A stretch of DNA of 64,000 bases from NCBI GenBank assembly GCA_951406725.2, contig OX597828.1, positions 78,120,001 through 78,184,000 of the forward strand, read 5' to 3'. The first letter of the stretch is position 1. Each line of letters starts with the position of its first letter. The DNA comes from Octopus vulgaris. Taxonomy: Eukaryota. The position numbers and the translations under genes are program-made. The notes beneath the pieces are model-generated. The model saw only the letters and a list, made by a program, of their open reading frames with translations, searched no databases and was not told the DNA's origin. Shown here in pieces: positions 12,179 through 25,676 of this stretch.

Positions 12179-12828
12179 TAAGCACTGTCCTTCCACTCCC
12201 ACATGTTGTAACTCTGTTTCCATGTTGTCCATTCTATCTAGTCCATCACTCTTCTTCCCTGTAGTTACTAGGCATGCTGCCATACCGTCTCACACATCGC
12301 CCAGAGCAAACCAGCATGAAGCAAGCTCTGAGCTGTAAAAATACCTCTGAAATACAACAAAAGCACCTTATTCTGGCCCTTCTTGTCTTTTGACTTAAGA
12401 GAAAACTGTACACTTCTTTTGGAAGTCAAGCAAACTGTTTATTGTTGTCATTGTTATTATTCTATTTCTAGATGTTAAAAATTATGTAACATCTCCAGTA
12501 GGAAGTAAAACATTGAGAGAGACATTTAGCTGTTTGTGTATCTGTGTCCCCGGAAGATCTCACATGTATTCTGAATGTGAGAAACTGCTTTCTGCATAGC
12601 AAATCGATCAATTCTTTCTAATATTCAATTCTTTATTAATAGATTGATTTATGTATGTATTTATGTCTATTTTTTTCAAATGTATTTATAACTGAAGTTA
12701 ACTATTTTCAACAAACCATTACAAAATAATATTAGTATATTACTAATTTATAACATTTTTGCAACAATGAGCAGCTCTAAAAAACATTTTAGGCTTAGTA
12801 TTGATGAATACTAAGAAATATTATTACT

Positions 12829-12885
<57 letters not shown>

Positions 12886-13097
12886 TTTGGAAGGATATAT
12901 TATCTGGGTAGATGCTGTTAGCTCTCAGTTGGATTCCAGATGCCTGTTAACAACTATGGTCAGTATCGCAAGGCTGCATCAGCAACAGTTAGTAGTCAGT
13001 GCAGTGGAAACACGTGTTGGTCATTGTGATATGTAGTATATAACTGTAAGATAAATTTTTGGGGATGTACAACTCTCCATACTCATTATTATTAATA

Positions 13098-13147
<50 letters not shown>

Positions 13148-13596
13148 GCACACACACACACATATATATATATATATAAACAAATACTTATATATAGATC
13201 CAGGTATAGCTGTGTGATAAGAAGTTTGCTTCCCAACCACATGGTTCTGGTTTCAGTCCCACTGTGTGTCATCTTGGTCAAATATCTTTTGCTATAGCCT
13301 GAAGCTGACCAAAGCTTTCTAAGTGAATTTGGTAGACAGAAACTGAAAGAAACCTGTCACATATGTGTGTGTGTGTGTTTGTTTCGTTGTCTTTACATTT
13401 CATAATAGCTGTAAATGAGTGTCACTGTTATACAGGCAGTGTTGCACATTTCCAATGTCCTGTGAAAGCATGTTTGACAATGAGGAATTATTACCTTACT
13501 TGGGAAGGGCATCTGGCCATAGAAAATCTACCTCAATGAACTCTGTGATGCATGCAGGCATGAAAAAGTGGATGTTATATATATATGTATAGATAG

Positions 13597-13662
<66 letters not shown>

Positions 13663-14073
13663 TGAGAGAAATTGTGTGTGCCTGTAAACATGAGTGAAAG
13701 AAGACAGAAAGAAACTCTGATAATCTGTCTCTTCTTGTCGCTGCTATGGAAAATGGTGAATGTTGTTATGAGGTCTCCAAAGCTGTTCTTCCGTTTGATT
13801 TTTCCTGTTATTCATTGATTGATGCAACGTGAACATGTGGTTGTTGTTGTTGTTTAGCCCTGGGTCACAGATTGCTGTGTTACAAGGCATCACAGCCATG
13901 GACATTTGCATGTGTGAGTGTGTGTCTGTGGTGGATCTAGGACTACATCTTTTTCTCTTTTTTTAAAAATGTTATAATATTTAAACATGATTTTAAGTGG
14001 GGTGGGAGAGGTTAGCTACTATGTAACAGTTTGCATGATTACATAGAGAACCTTTTGCTAACTTGAGTACACT

Positions 14074-14111
<38 letters not shown>

Positions 14112-14448
14112 TAGTAAACTGCTTAGTATTTGAACCAGCCATATCAGTCCCAAATATTTTGTTTTATGTTCAAATCTGCCAGATCTGGCCTTTCACACCT
14201 ACCCTAAAATGTCATTGTAAAAATGAAGAATCATGTCATCAGAATTTCAAAGCTACAAGATAATGTATGATTAGTACAAAGCAATGTGAATAATTAATTA
14301 AGCATTACATTTGAAAGAATAATCTGAATGCTAATTAGTTAAACTCCAAGTTTAACACTGATTGAACCAGGCCTATAATCAAATGTTGTCCAATTGTGAC
14401 CATCCCATCTTTTCGTTTTAGGCACAATATTTCAGAGTTAAACATGTT

Positions 14449-14493
<45 letters not shown>

Positions 14494-15082
14494 GAGTAGG
14501 CTGTAATTTGAGGGCAGTTTTGGCTACTCTATCTACCAGGATGAGTGACCACATATATGCACTCTCACTGGTATGTTTGTATAGTGCAAATGTACTTTTT
14601 GTTAGTGTTATGTCAAATAGACATTAAGTCAGCAGTAGAATGAGATATTAGTTCATAGTAATTAATATATATTGATCACTCTCTTATCTTTTATGGTGAT
14701 TTATGATGTACATCTGCATAATCTCACTCATCAATTTCCTGAGCCAATGTCCTAGACTCTATTGAATAACAACAGCTCGGAAATGAAGTGGCAGGTTGGG
14801 GCTGATTGGAACTTGCTTGGTGGCTAGCCAAGACTCACATTAAACGAGGACCATTAATTATACACATAGTCTCCTACTCTCTCTCTCTTACATAACATGA
14901 CAAACATACTGATGTACATGCATTGAGAATAGATATGTATGTGTGTGTGTTTATACATGTTTGGATGACAAACTACAGAACGAGTCTTCAATATATGTTT
15001 AGAGTTTATTCATTCATTCGAAACTGTCACAACTTCAGGTTTTTGACTTTGTAATTGTTTCAGGCGAAAAATATATATATGC

Positions 15083-15548
15083 ATATATTGTTTACGTCAT
15101 AAAAATTTATAAACATCAAAAGAACATTGAAATAATTCATTTTTAACTGCAAAACTTGAAGTAGGTAAAGCTATAAATATTAAAATATAAATATTTGGTT
15201 AAAAACATTTTCTGATGGAAAAAAAAAAAAAAAAAATTGGAGGCTGTCCTTGAGACTTAGATTTTCTGTAAACAAGACAGATGTTCTACCATTAGACCAA
15301 ACAAATCCTTTGAAATTAATTCCCTGCCATTTTTAGAAGCTTTGTTCTTACCAATGATAATTGTATATTGTTTACACTATAAAAATTTAGAAACTTCAAG
15401 AGAATGTGAAATAATTAATTTTTGATTGGGATCTCAAAAGTAAATTAAGCTATAAATAATAACATGTAGAATATTGGATAAAAAGCCCTTTAGGATAGGA
15501 AAAATTGAAAACTACTGATGGGACTCAATCCCACATTTTCTGTAAATG
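15083..15548 (+). repeat. old diverged tandem duplication, ~280-bp period
   Basis: 15083-15272 aligns by eye with 15363-15548 (tatattgtttac...ataaaaattta...gaaataatt...aagctataaata...ttttctgtaaa). Confidence 0.6.
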
Positions 15549-18500
15549 TAACTAACATCATATATAGTGTATACATTGCAGTAGCCTGCAATATCCATCG
15601 ACAGCAAAGCTTTTGTTGTTACGAGAAGTATATTCTGTGTATGAGCTTCAAATCATTGGTTGTTTCTGGACAGCTCATCCTGGCCCTAGATGGCTTCTGC
15701 ACAATTGCTGGGCATAGAATCTCTGTTTGTCCAAAGTGAAATCATATCCTTTCTGCGTATTATTGTTGGGAGACTACTATCACTCAGCTCTCCTTGATAT
15801 GCAAACTGAGTTATAAACCTGACACCACCAAACTTTACCTTATCACGTGGTATGACAGTAAGTGATGTTAATGAACTCTCAAATTCTATATATTACTGAC
15901 TACCTGACACCAAAAGACTGTCTCCTCTACCACATGGAGCAGATATGAAATCAATTTCCTATTACAGCTTTGCCAAAATATACAGATGACTTCAGCTGAT
16001 GAAAGAAGACCTGATATTCTTATCTGGTAGCCATTTTAAAATTCTCTTCACTCTGTCCCTGTACATCTAATATAGTTTCTTTCATAGGTACATGCATGTG
16101 ACTAAGTAATGTGAAGTTAAGCCAGCTTGTTATTAAATTCACCTCCAGCCATTGAGTGCTATTTTTGTTTTTATTTGTTCACTTATTTGGGTTGTACAGT
16201 TTGACTGAAAACTGGTAAGCGAGGGAGCTGCACCTGGTTCCACTCTGATTTGGCATGGTTTCTACAGCTGGATGCCCTTTCTAACACCAACCACTCCAAG
16301 AGTATAGTGGATGCATTTTACGTGCCACTGGCTCAGGTGCCAGTTCTGCAACACTGGCATTGGCCACGACCATGATCTCACTTGGTTTGACAGGTATTTT
16401 CAAGCATGGTGCATTGCCAATGGTCTCAATCTATTGTCACTGCCTCTGTGTGACCCAACATTCAACATTTTGATATTAATGAAGAATTTATTAAAATAAC
16501 TGTTAATTTTGTCATTATTATTAAGTTGATGTTTAGGACATAACCTGAAATTTTATAGGTTTTAATTTAGATCACCTTAAAATAGGAAGTTTATGATACA
16601 GAACCAGGGAAGGCATCAAAATGTTTCAAGTTCTGAAAGATGTGAAAATTTTGAGATTACAACAGTGAAAATTTCCTCAAGGTTTATGTTAGTATAATAT
16701 TGAATGAACCATTTTCTCTAGATACCATTAGTTTTCAAAGAAACCCACCATTCTAGTTTCCGGTTTTGATAATTCCTCCTCATACAGGCCACCATTATTA
16801 GTCTACCAATTCCTGTGACTCTCAACTCCATACAGTGCAAATGTTTCTTTTAGGTACCAAAATTATTAATTTCTTTAAAAGCTCATCTCCCACCCTTTCC
16901 CTACCTTTTCTTTTCTTTTTCTTTTTTTTTTATTTTTCCCCTGTTTTTCTCATCTTTCACTGCATCCTTCAATCCTTAAAAAAATAATATAAATGTATTT
17001 GTTTTTTCATATATCTACATCAGCTCATCCATCACACTGCTTGCATGCTTTCTCCAAGCATGACCACCACCACCCTCCATTGAATTTAAATTGCAGAGAT
17101 TGTAGTTGACTCTATATTTATTTTCACTGCTCCCCCCACCACCACCACTTACTTCACTGACCACCATGTCTTTCTGCCTGCCTGTCTCCCATATTTCTCC
17201 ATCATCAACCTATCTCTCCCTCTCTCTCTCTCTCTCTCTCTGGTTGTCTCTCTCACTCACTCTCTCTTTTTCTACCACATCTTGAATGTCTCCTTGATGT
17301 TGTCCAATAGTTTGCATGCATTTAGTACATGATGAACCTTCATGTTTTTGTTTCATTTGCCTGTTTTCATTTTTTTACCAGGTTCTAGAATATTTCCTTT
17401 GCGACGGTCATCATGCCAATGCCGGACACATGCACCAGTCCATTTTCACTTCTCTATTATTGATCAGTTGGTTAACTATTTAACCATTTAACGAATCGAA
17501 TGTTTGGGTTATCATTCAGTCAACCAACCATTTGTGTTTGTCAAAGTCCTGCCCTTACCATCTGCAACCTCTCCAATTACATACCTTCTCCACCTCAAGT
17601 CAGCTTTGAATCTGTCTATCTGTCTTTTAATTTTGTTTGTCTTCTCACATACATTCCCATTCACATCCTTACAACTACATAAACATTGATCCTAAAACTA
17701 AAAGACAGACATATCTGAAGCTGACCTGGAATAGAGAGTGCGTCTCATTGAAGAGGCCATGAATGGTAATCAAAGGACTTTGACTAACACAACTGATTGA
17801 TCCACTAACTGGATGACAAGCCAAACAATGGTTAGGGTTAAGGTTAATAAAGAAGTGAAATAGAAGTTCTGTGTGTGTTTATTGGTATTGTAACCCTCCC
17901 AAGATACAACAAAATCTGTTTCAACTCATGAGTCCACATCAAGAATCTTAGAAATAAAATACCAAAACAGAATGTTCTATACTTTTTCTTTATGATTAAA
18001 GGACAAGAATTTAAACCCAAATCTACTAAATTAAATATTGTTTTGGAATTATCTATCTATATATGTGTGTGTAATACCAGATACACCTGTTTCATTATGT
18101 TGTTGTTATCATTAGTATTATTAATATTATCATTAAGAAAATGTTGTTGTTCTTATTTACATTTTATGCTTTCCAACAGTTTCATGCAGATGTTTTACTG
18201 TACTTACCAGCTCCACTTCTGTCTTATTGAAGAGTATGTGCAGTATTGTCTTTTGGATGTGAAGAATTTTTGTGTTGATTCTTTCCAGAGCACTGAGCTG
18301 GCCAATATGTTTGCTATCATCTAGCTTTGCCTCCTATACATTCCGAGTTCAAATTCCGCTGAGTTTCATTTTCACCTTTCATCACAGGCACTGGTGTGGC
18401 TGTGATGAAAGGTGCATGTGTGACTGTATGTTAAGAACTTTGCTTCTCGACCACATGGACACAAGTTCAGTTCCTCCATGAGGCACTTTCGGCAAGCATC

Positions 18501-18689
18501 TTCTACTATATCCTTGAGCTGACCAAAGCTTTGTGAATGCATTTGGTTGATGGAAACTGAACAAAGCCCATTGTGTGTGTGTTTGTGTGTTATATCATCA
18601 TATATTTGTTGTAAATGAATGTCACTAGCATTCAAGGTGTGTCCTTTGCTTCCAATCTTCACCATTATTTCGCATTGGTTTTCCCATGC

Positions 18690-19002
18690 TGTTGTATAGT
18701 GAAACTGTATACCCCTCTCAGTAAAAAGTGGTAGGAGACAGTCATTATAAATAGATCAATAGCTGGTCATCAAGAGAGGATCGAGAGTCGAAGATTTGAG
18801 AGTCGACAGTTCTAGTTGGCGTCTTGTGGAGCTATCAGTGATAGTAAGACAGAAAAAGTTAGTGTGTTACTATTCGGGTACGAAGAGCTACAATGGTAGC
18901 CGATGACTAGTAACTATTGTGGCTACTAGTTAACATAAAACAGCAACTATAGTACAATGGTAGTCACACAGCACACCCATGGGAGGAACCCATTTAAGAA
19001 CA
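18690..19002 (+). mobile_element. probable solo LTR
   Basis: TGTT...AACA termini, TATAAATA near 18747, 313 bp, splits an RTE-tail repeat. No clear target-site duplication seen. Confidence 0.4.
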
Positions 19003-19487
19003 ATTGGCTGGTTTGACAGGGGCTGGCAAGCCAGAAAGTTGCACTAGGCTCCAATTGTCTGTTTTGGCATCGTCTGTACAGCTGGATGCCCTTTCTCAGG
19101 CCAACCATTTAACAGAGTGTACCAGGTGCTTTTTTTTTTTCCCTTGGTACCAGCACCAGTGCTTTATATTCAGTGCCAGCTTTTTTTTTTTTACATGGCA
19201 CACAGCATGAGTGCCTTTTTACATGGCACCAACACTGGTGCTCTCCATGTGACACCAGTACGTGTGGTTCCTACATGGCACTTGCATGGGTGCTTTTTAT
19301 GTGGTACTAGTACCAGAAAGTTAGGGACAGGAAAGTTTATCAGGAAGGTCTTAAAAGCACTTGAAAGACTATCGAAAGCTTGTCGATATCTTGGGTTACA
19401 GGTAGTAACCTGCTACCCACATAAATCCTACCAAGAGTAAGAATGAACCCATGTCAAACCAATAATGATTCTAATAAGGATTTCCTT

Positions 19488-19524
<37 letters not shown>

Positions 19525-20124
19525 GTTTCAAATTATGGCACTAGGTCACAATTTCAGGGAAGGGGGTAAGTTGATTGCCTGTCATTCTGTTGAGATCGAT
19601 AAATTAAGTACCAGTTTATCAATGGGGTCAAGGTAAAGTCAACCTCAGCAGAATCTGAACTTGGAAGCTGACAATGAATGAAATGTTGCTAAGCATTTTG
19701 CCTGGTGCAGTAACAACTTTGCCATCTTGCTACCCTAAATAATAATAATAATAATAATAATAATGATGATGATGATGATGCTTTCGAATATTAGCACAAC
19801 GCTAGCAATTTTTGAGGGTAGGCGTCAGGTAGTACCAGCAATTATTAATAATAATAATAATAATAATTCATTCTTTTATTGGCCACAAGGGCTAATAAAA
19901 ATAAAAACGTTCAAGGACAACACAAGATGATATACAAAGGGTTTTGTAAAAAAAAGAAAAGCATTTGTGTAAACATTTGATAATGATAAAACAATATAAC
20001 AACTAAAAATCTCCCAATAGGGGGAGGTGCTTTAAAGGTTACTCGTGGAGAAACCCATAAAAGCCACGGGCACCTGATCCACATGGCAAGAGCCCTTCTT
20101 TTAGTATTATTGTTATTATTATTA

Positions 20125-20164
<40 letters not shown>

Positions 20165-20456
20165 CATTATTATGGTCGACAGAATAATAATAATAATTCT
20201 TTCTAATATAGGCACAGTGCCAGCAATTTTTGAGGGGAGGGGTCAGGTAGTATCAGTGTCTATTAATAATAATAACAACAGCAACAACATTTCTTTTTGT
20301 GTGTTGATTATTTATTTGACTAAGGTTGCTGGGTTTGGAGCCAAATTATTGTTCTTGTTAATAAAGGCCTCTTTGTTCTGCTCTTTGAATTGCGCCATTT
20401 AAGCTGCACACTTGTATAATGTCAGTTAATGCCAGCCAGTGTTTTTAATACTGCAG

Positions 20457-20494
<38 letters not shown>

Positions 20495-21267
20495 TCCTGC
20501 AGTACATGAGGAATTTTGGAGTGTTAGATTGTTGTGCTATCCAGTCACACAAGCTACATTTTTCAGAATTGCGGATTTTAGAAGAAAGATGAGCAAAAGA
20601 TCAAAAAAAAAATTCTTTTTAAATCAACAAAAAAATTTGTATTGTTTCTTGTTTTCTTTCTTTGAGAATTAATTAATCTTATGCTTACTTGTGTGTTTTT
20701 TTTTGTGGAGAAAATAAAGTAAAACTCATTTGTGTGTGAATGGGTGTCAGTCATCCATCATCATTGTCATGACGTCCATTTTTCTGTGCTTGCATGGGTT
20801 AGATGAAATTTGTTGAGGCAGATTTTTCTACAGCTGGATACATCTCCTGTCACCAACCCTATTCCCAAACTAGGTCGTATTTCTCCACTATGGCCAGATA
20901 GGTTTTCATTGAGTTTGCGGAACCTAAAGCCACGTGGTTGAGAAGTAAGCTTTTCAATCATACTGCCTTGTGTGGTGGTGACATTTCTTTACAACAATCA
21001 CTCATTGTCAACACACACACACACACACACACACATACAAACACACGTGTGTGCATGTGATGGGATTCCTTCAGTTTCTATCTACCAAATCCACTCCTCA
21101 TTCTGCCTTGAAGGGGTTTTAAGTACTTGTTTTATTGGTCTCTTTTTTGCAGAACTGTTTAAGTTACGGGGACATAAACAAACCAACACCTGTTGTCATG
21201 TAGTGCTGAGGAACAAGCACAACATAAACACATGCACACACACACACATGTATAAAAAAAGCCTGTC

Positions 21268-21323
<56 letters not shown>

Positions 21324-21577
21324 GTTTGTGTGACAGACTTTCAGTTTCCTTTTATCAAATCCATCCACAATGCTTTTGGTTGTCCCAGGGATATTGTGGA
21401 AGACACATGGCCTAGGTAGCATGCAGTGGGGCTGAACCTAAAAACCACATGCTTCAGAAGTAAGCTTTTCAATCGTACTGCCTTGCCTACACACATATAT
21501 ATGTATGTATGTGTGTGTCTGTGTGTGTATCTATGTATGTATATATATATATGTATATATTATATATATGTATATAG

Positions 21578-22218
21578 CATCATCATCATCATCATCGTTT
21601 AACATCCGTTTTCCGTGCTAGCATGGGTTGGACAATTTTGACTGAGGGCTGGCGAGCCAGATGGCTGCACCAGGCTCCAATCTTGATCTGGCAGAGGTTC
21701 TACAGCTGGATGCCCTTCCTAATGCCAACCACTCCGAGAGTGTAGTGGGTGCTTTTTACGTGCCACAGGCACTGGCAACGACCTCGCTCGAATCTTTTTA
21801 CATGTGCCACCGAAGCGACGTTGGTAACGATCATGCTCAAATGGTGCCCTTTTACGTGCCATGTTCACAGAAGCCAGTTGGCTGCTCTGGCAACGATCAC
21901 GCTTGAATGGTGTCCTTTTACATGCCACAGGTACAGAAGCCAGTTGGCTGCTGTGGCAACGATCACGCTCGGATGGTGCTCTTGGTACCCTACTAGCACA
22001 GGCATAAGTGCCAGTAAGGCGACGCTGGTAACGTTCTTACTCGAATAGCCGTTCTGTCAACGATCACACTCGTATGGTGCTCTTTGCACCCTGCTAGCAC
22101 GAATGTCAGTCATCGAATTGATATTGATTTCACTTGCCTCAACAGGTCTTCGCAAGCAGAGTTAAGTGATCAAAGAAGGAAAGGTACGCATAAGCGGGCT
22201 GGTTACGCTCTTGGCATA
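21578..22218 (-). mobile_element. RTE 3' UTR fragment (closely related copy at 48783-49445)
   Basis: (CAT)n start on + strand and internal ggcaacgatcacgctcg repeats; colinear with the 48.8-49.4 kb copy; ends at the assembly gap. Confidence 0.75.
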
Positions 22219-22318
22219 NNNNNNNNNNNNNNNNNNNNNNNNNNNNNNNNNNNNNNNNNNNNNNNNNNNNNNNNNNNNNNNNNNNNNNNNNNNNNNNNNN
22301 NNNNNNNNNNNNNNNNNN
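22219..22318. other. assembly gap (100 N)
   Basis: Run of N bases. Confidence 1.
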
Positions 22319-22547
22319 AAAGCACCATCCTTTTGTGGCCGTTTACCAGCTCTGTCTGGCACCTGTGCGGGTGGCACGTAAAAGCACCCACTACACTCAC
22401 GGAGTGGTTGGCGTTAGGAAGGGCATCCAGCCGTAGAAACACTGCCAGATTTGACTGGGCCTGATGAAGCCTTCTGGCTTCACAGACCCCAGCAGAACCG
22501 TCCAACCCATGCTAGCATGGAAAACGGACGCTAAACGATGATGATGA

Positions 22548-22683
<136 letters not shown>

Positions 22684-22871
22684 GAGTGTATTTTACCTTG
22701 TTAACAATTAACACGGATAAATGAATGAATAGTTACCAGGGCAGCAAAAATCTCACAAGTAAAGATGTTGTAACTCTTGTTTATAAAGGTTGAAACTTCG
22801 TGTTTACGTTGAATATTTGAATAATAGGAATAAAAAATGGAGTTCAACGCAGGTTTAAACAAGTATTTTTT

Positions 22872-22956
22872 CTTTCTACATATGTTTCAAAAATTCCACT
22901 GATACTTATTCAAAAGAATAAAAGGTATAAACAATGCAATCTTCTCTTCGGGAAAG
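22872..22956 (-). ncRNA. type I hammerhead ribozyme in PLE 3' UTR/pLTR (CCGAAGA core variant)
   Basis: Reverse complement of the motif at 27425-27509. Confidence 0.7.
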
Positions 22957-23140
22957 TGAAAAAACGAAACTTGTCAATACGACATTTTAGCAAAAAATGA
23001 TGGATTCGTATAGCGATAGACAGAACGCTATTAATATTGTTTAAAAAAACGTTATATGATATAACGTCATAAGTAGCCAACAGAAAGAGTAGGGATATTA
23101 ATAGTGAATGTTAAATATAAAGGAAATTAAAGTCTAGAGA

Positions 23141-25473
23141 CTACTTATATGCACTAAAAGTATGCTTTTGCCAATGCTTACACATCTGTATGCTCGTTCT
23201 ATAACCGTGTTTACTAGAGTATTTTTAGAAAAATAATGAAAAATAGCTCAGAATTGCAGAGAAGACAGAATTTCTTGCCTCTTGTCATATGGTATCGAAA
23301 TTGAGAGGATCAACCATTCCAAATGAAATTGTTCATTGTGGTCTTTTAAATTCCAAATCAGTTTGCTGAGACTGGTACTATTCCGTTTATTTCTATCTCT
23401 AAATGTTGAGTAATGGATAGAAATTCTCTTAGATAACTCTAACGATGTGCTTCCAATGTAAAATCGTACTTTATTACGAGTACTGATTATACACTGGTAT
23501 ATAGAATTTTTAATCTTAGAGTTACTTGACATAAATTTAATTCTATTGGGATTGACTTCAGATACAATAACCTTGTTATTAATATTTCTAGAGGGTTGGA
23601 TGGTAGTAGCTAAATTAATGTTAGTATTAGTAAATGTATTAATATTTAACAGTTTGTTATTATGAGAAGATATAATTTGCAAGAGATTTTTTGTGTTTGA
23701 AAAACCTATCCTAACCTTATGTGAATTAATTATAGAGTAATATCTAGAATTGTTTGGAAAATTCCTAGCAATAGCTTGACGAAACAGCAGTGGGAGATTA
23801 GATTTAATTTGTCTCCCGTAAGGAATTATTAACCAAATATTTTTACTAGTATTCATAGCGTAATTACTTTTGAAGGTGTTATATTTACTTTTAGATCGGT
23901 AATAGGGGAATAAATAAGGGTTATCTGCCTTCATTCGCTTTGTATCGGTGCGTAAGTTATGTTTGTTATCAATAATTCTTTTACGACTAGAAATCTTATC
24001 TACATTATTGAATTTACAATTAGACTGAGCAGAATCAATGTAGAAAATTTTTTCTGTATAACCTGCTTTGATTAAGGCAGAGTTATAGAATTCAGCGTTA
24101 TTATTGAAAATATCAACATTAGCAGATAATTTAGATAATCTAAATGAAATATTCTTAACTAAATTCTTAGTAATTGCTCCAGGATGATTACTAAATTTGC
24201 TAATGTACTTAAGATTGGTCAACGGTTTATGATATGGGAGGAGTAAGAGTCACTGTGTAAATTAAGGGTAATATCTAAAAAGTTGGCCTTCATCAGATCG
24301 TCATCAAAAACGATTTTTAAGCCCATTCTACTGAAAAAATTAACTAAACTGTTCTTAACTTTTTGTACCTTTTGGTTAGAAACATTTTGGAGGTAAAGTA
24401 AACAATCATCACGATATAGACCTCCATAAATGTTAGGGAACTCTTCAGCCATTTCAAAAAGAATGTATATACAGACCAAATCAGCTATCTGTGCTGAATC
24501 AGAACTTCCCATAGGTATATCGAAACTATCTGGTGTGTCTTTACGGACCCACAACTTATCATCAAATTTAATAATAGATCTTCTGGCTGCCAACACAACA
24601 TTAATTTCTTCTCGGGTGAGACCAGCTTTGTTATGAGCAAGCCAAAGTGCCTTATTAAGTACTATTAGGATTAATAGACGAATAAAAATTGGAAATATCA
24701 AACTGGATAAACTTCGTACTCACCTTACTGTTAATAGACCTAAACCAGTCAACTACGTCAAATGAATTAGTCCATAAACTAAGTTTTAATGTTTTGATTA
24801 GATTAGGAATATATTTATCTAGTATATTTTTACTAAGGATACCGATGTCAGAGCTAGAAGGGCAGATAAGCCTTAATGATGGGTTAGTAAAAAAATTTGG
24901 TTTGTGATCCTTCAAAATAAACCTAGGTTGCTTAGGAACAAGTGGTTCTGTCTTCATTTGTAGCTTATATTTCTCCATGATTTTCATAGCCTCGATGTTG
25001 GCTTTCTTAAGTATTCTTTTATCAGCAATTTTATACTTTTTCTGAATTTCTTTTCAAGTAATTCCAAATAATAGTCTTTATAAAGTTTGTACAGATTACC
25101 AGTCTTTATCAGATTGAACCAACATAGTATCCATAGAATTGATTTCTTTGGTGATGTTGCGAAGATACCTCAGATGTTTATTTCTTAGTGGTGACCGTTG
25201 AAATTTTACATTTCTCACAATGGACCAGAGATCATCTTCAAATTGCTTCAACCTTGGGTTAGGCGGCGGACTATTTTTAGATTTAAATAACTTGCTGAAC
25301 TCAGATGTTTTATCATTAGTGTGTTGTTGAGTGTCATTTTTGTCAAAGAAAAAGGTAAGCCATCTTATTCGGTTGATGAATGAATTAATCTTATTGACAA
25401 GTTGTTTAAGGAAAACATTCTTAGGTGGAATAGGAATGTCCTTAAGAGATGCGTTAATATTCAATAACTCCAT
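23141..25473 (-). pseudogene. PLE polyprotein (RT + GIY-YIG endonuclease), ~775 aa, broken by several 1-bp frameshifts
   Basis: SLKDIPIP...RIRWLTFFF N-terminus; DKTGNLY once one extra A is removed; LKDHKPNF..NP..RLI; FDISNFYSSI; PMGSSDSAQIADL; GGLYRDD; NFLDITL; SIYQC...FYIGST...RISIH; CLLCNSE; CKH; TAG at 23141-23143. Confidence 0.9.
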
Positions 25474-25676
25474 ATGCTGTAACTATTCAGTTAGCAGGTT
25501 ATTAATAAACCTGATTAAAGTATTATAAATAGATGAGTGTATTTTACCTTGTTAACAATTAACACGGATAAATGAATGAATAGTTACCAGGGCAGCAAAA
25601 TCTCACAAGTAAAGATGTTGTAACTCCTTGTTTATAAAGGTTGAAACTTCGTGTTTACGTTGAATATTTGAATAAT

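Noticed and set aside
15990-16030. CTGATGA followed by an AAGAA/TTCTT hairpin, downstream of a faint GIY-YIG-like remnant (~15540-15610)
   Set aside because: GAAA and cleavage strand are absent; too decayed to support, though an ancient PLE end is possible.
17745-17785. TTGAAGA-GGCCAT..ATGGT possible hammerhead relic
   Set aside because: Multiple core mismatches; cannot be distinguished from chance.
23141-25473. Selenocysteine recoding, reported for some Naiad elements
   Set aside because: No in-frame TGA noticed in the reconstructed ORF and no convincing SECIS in the 3' UTR; disruptions are frameshifts.
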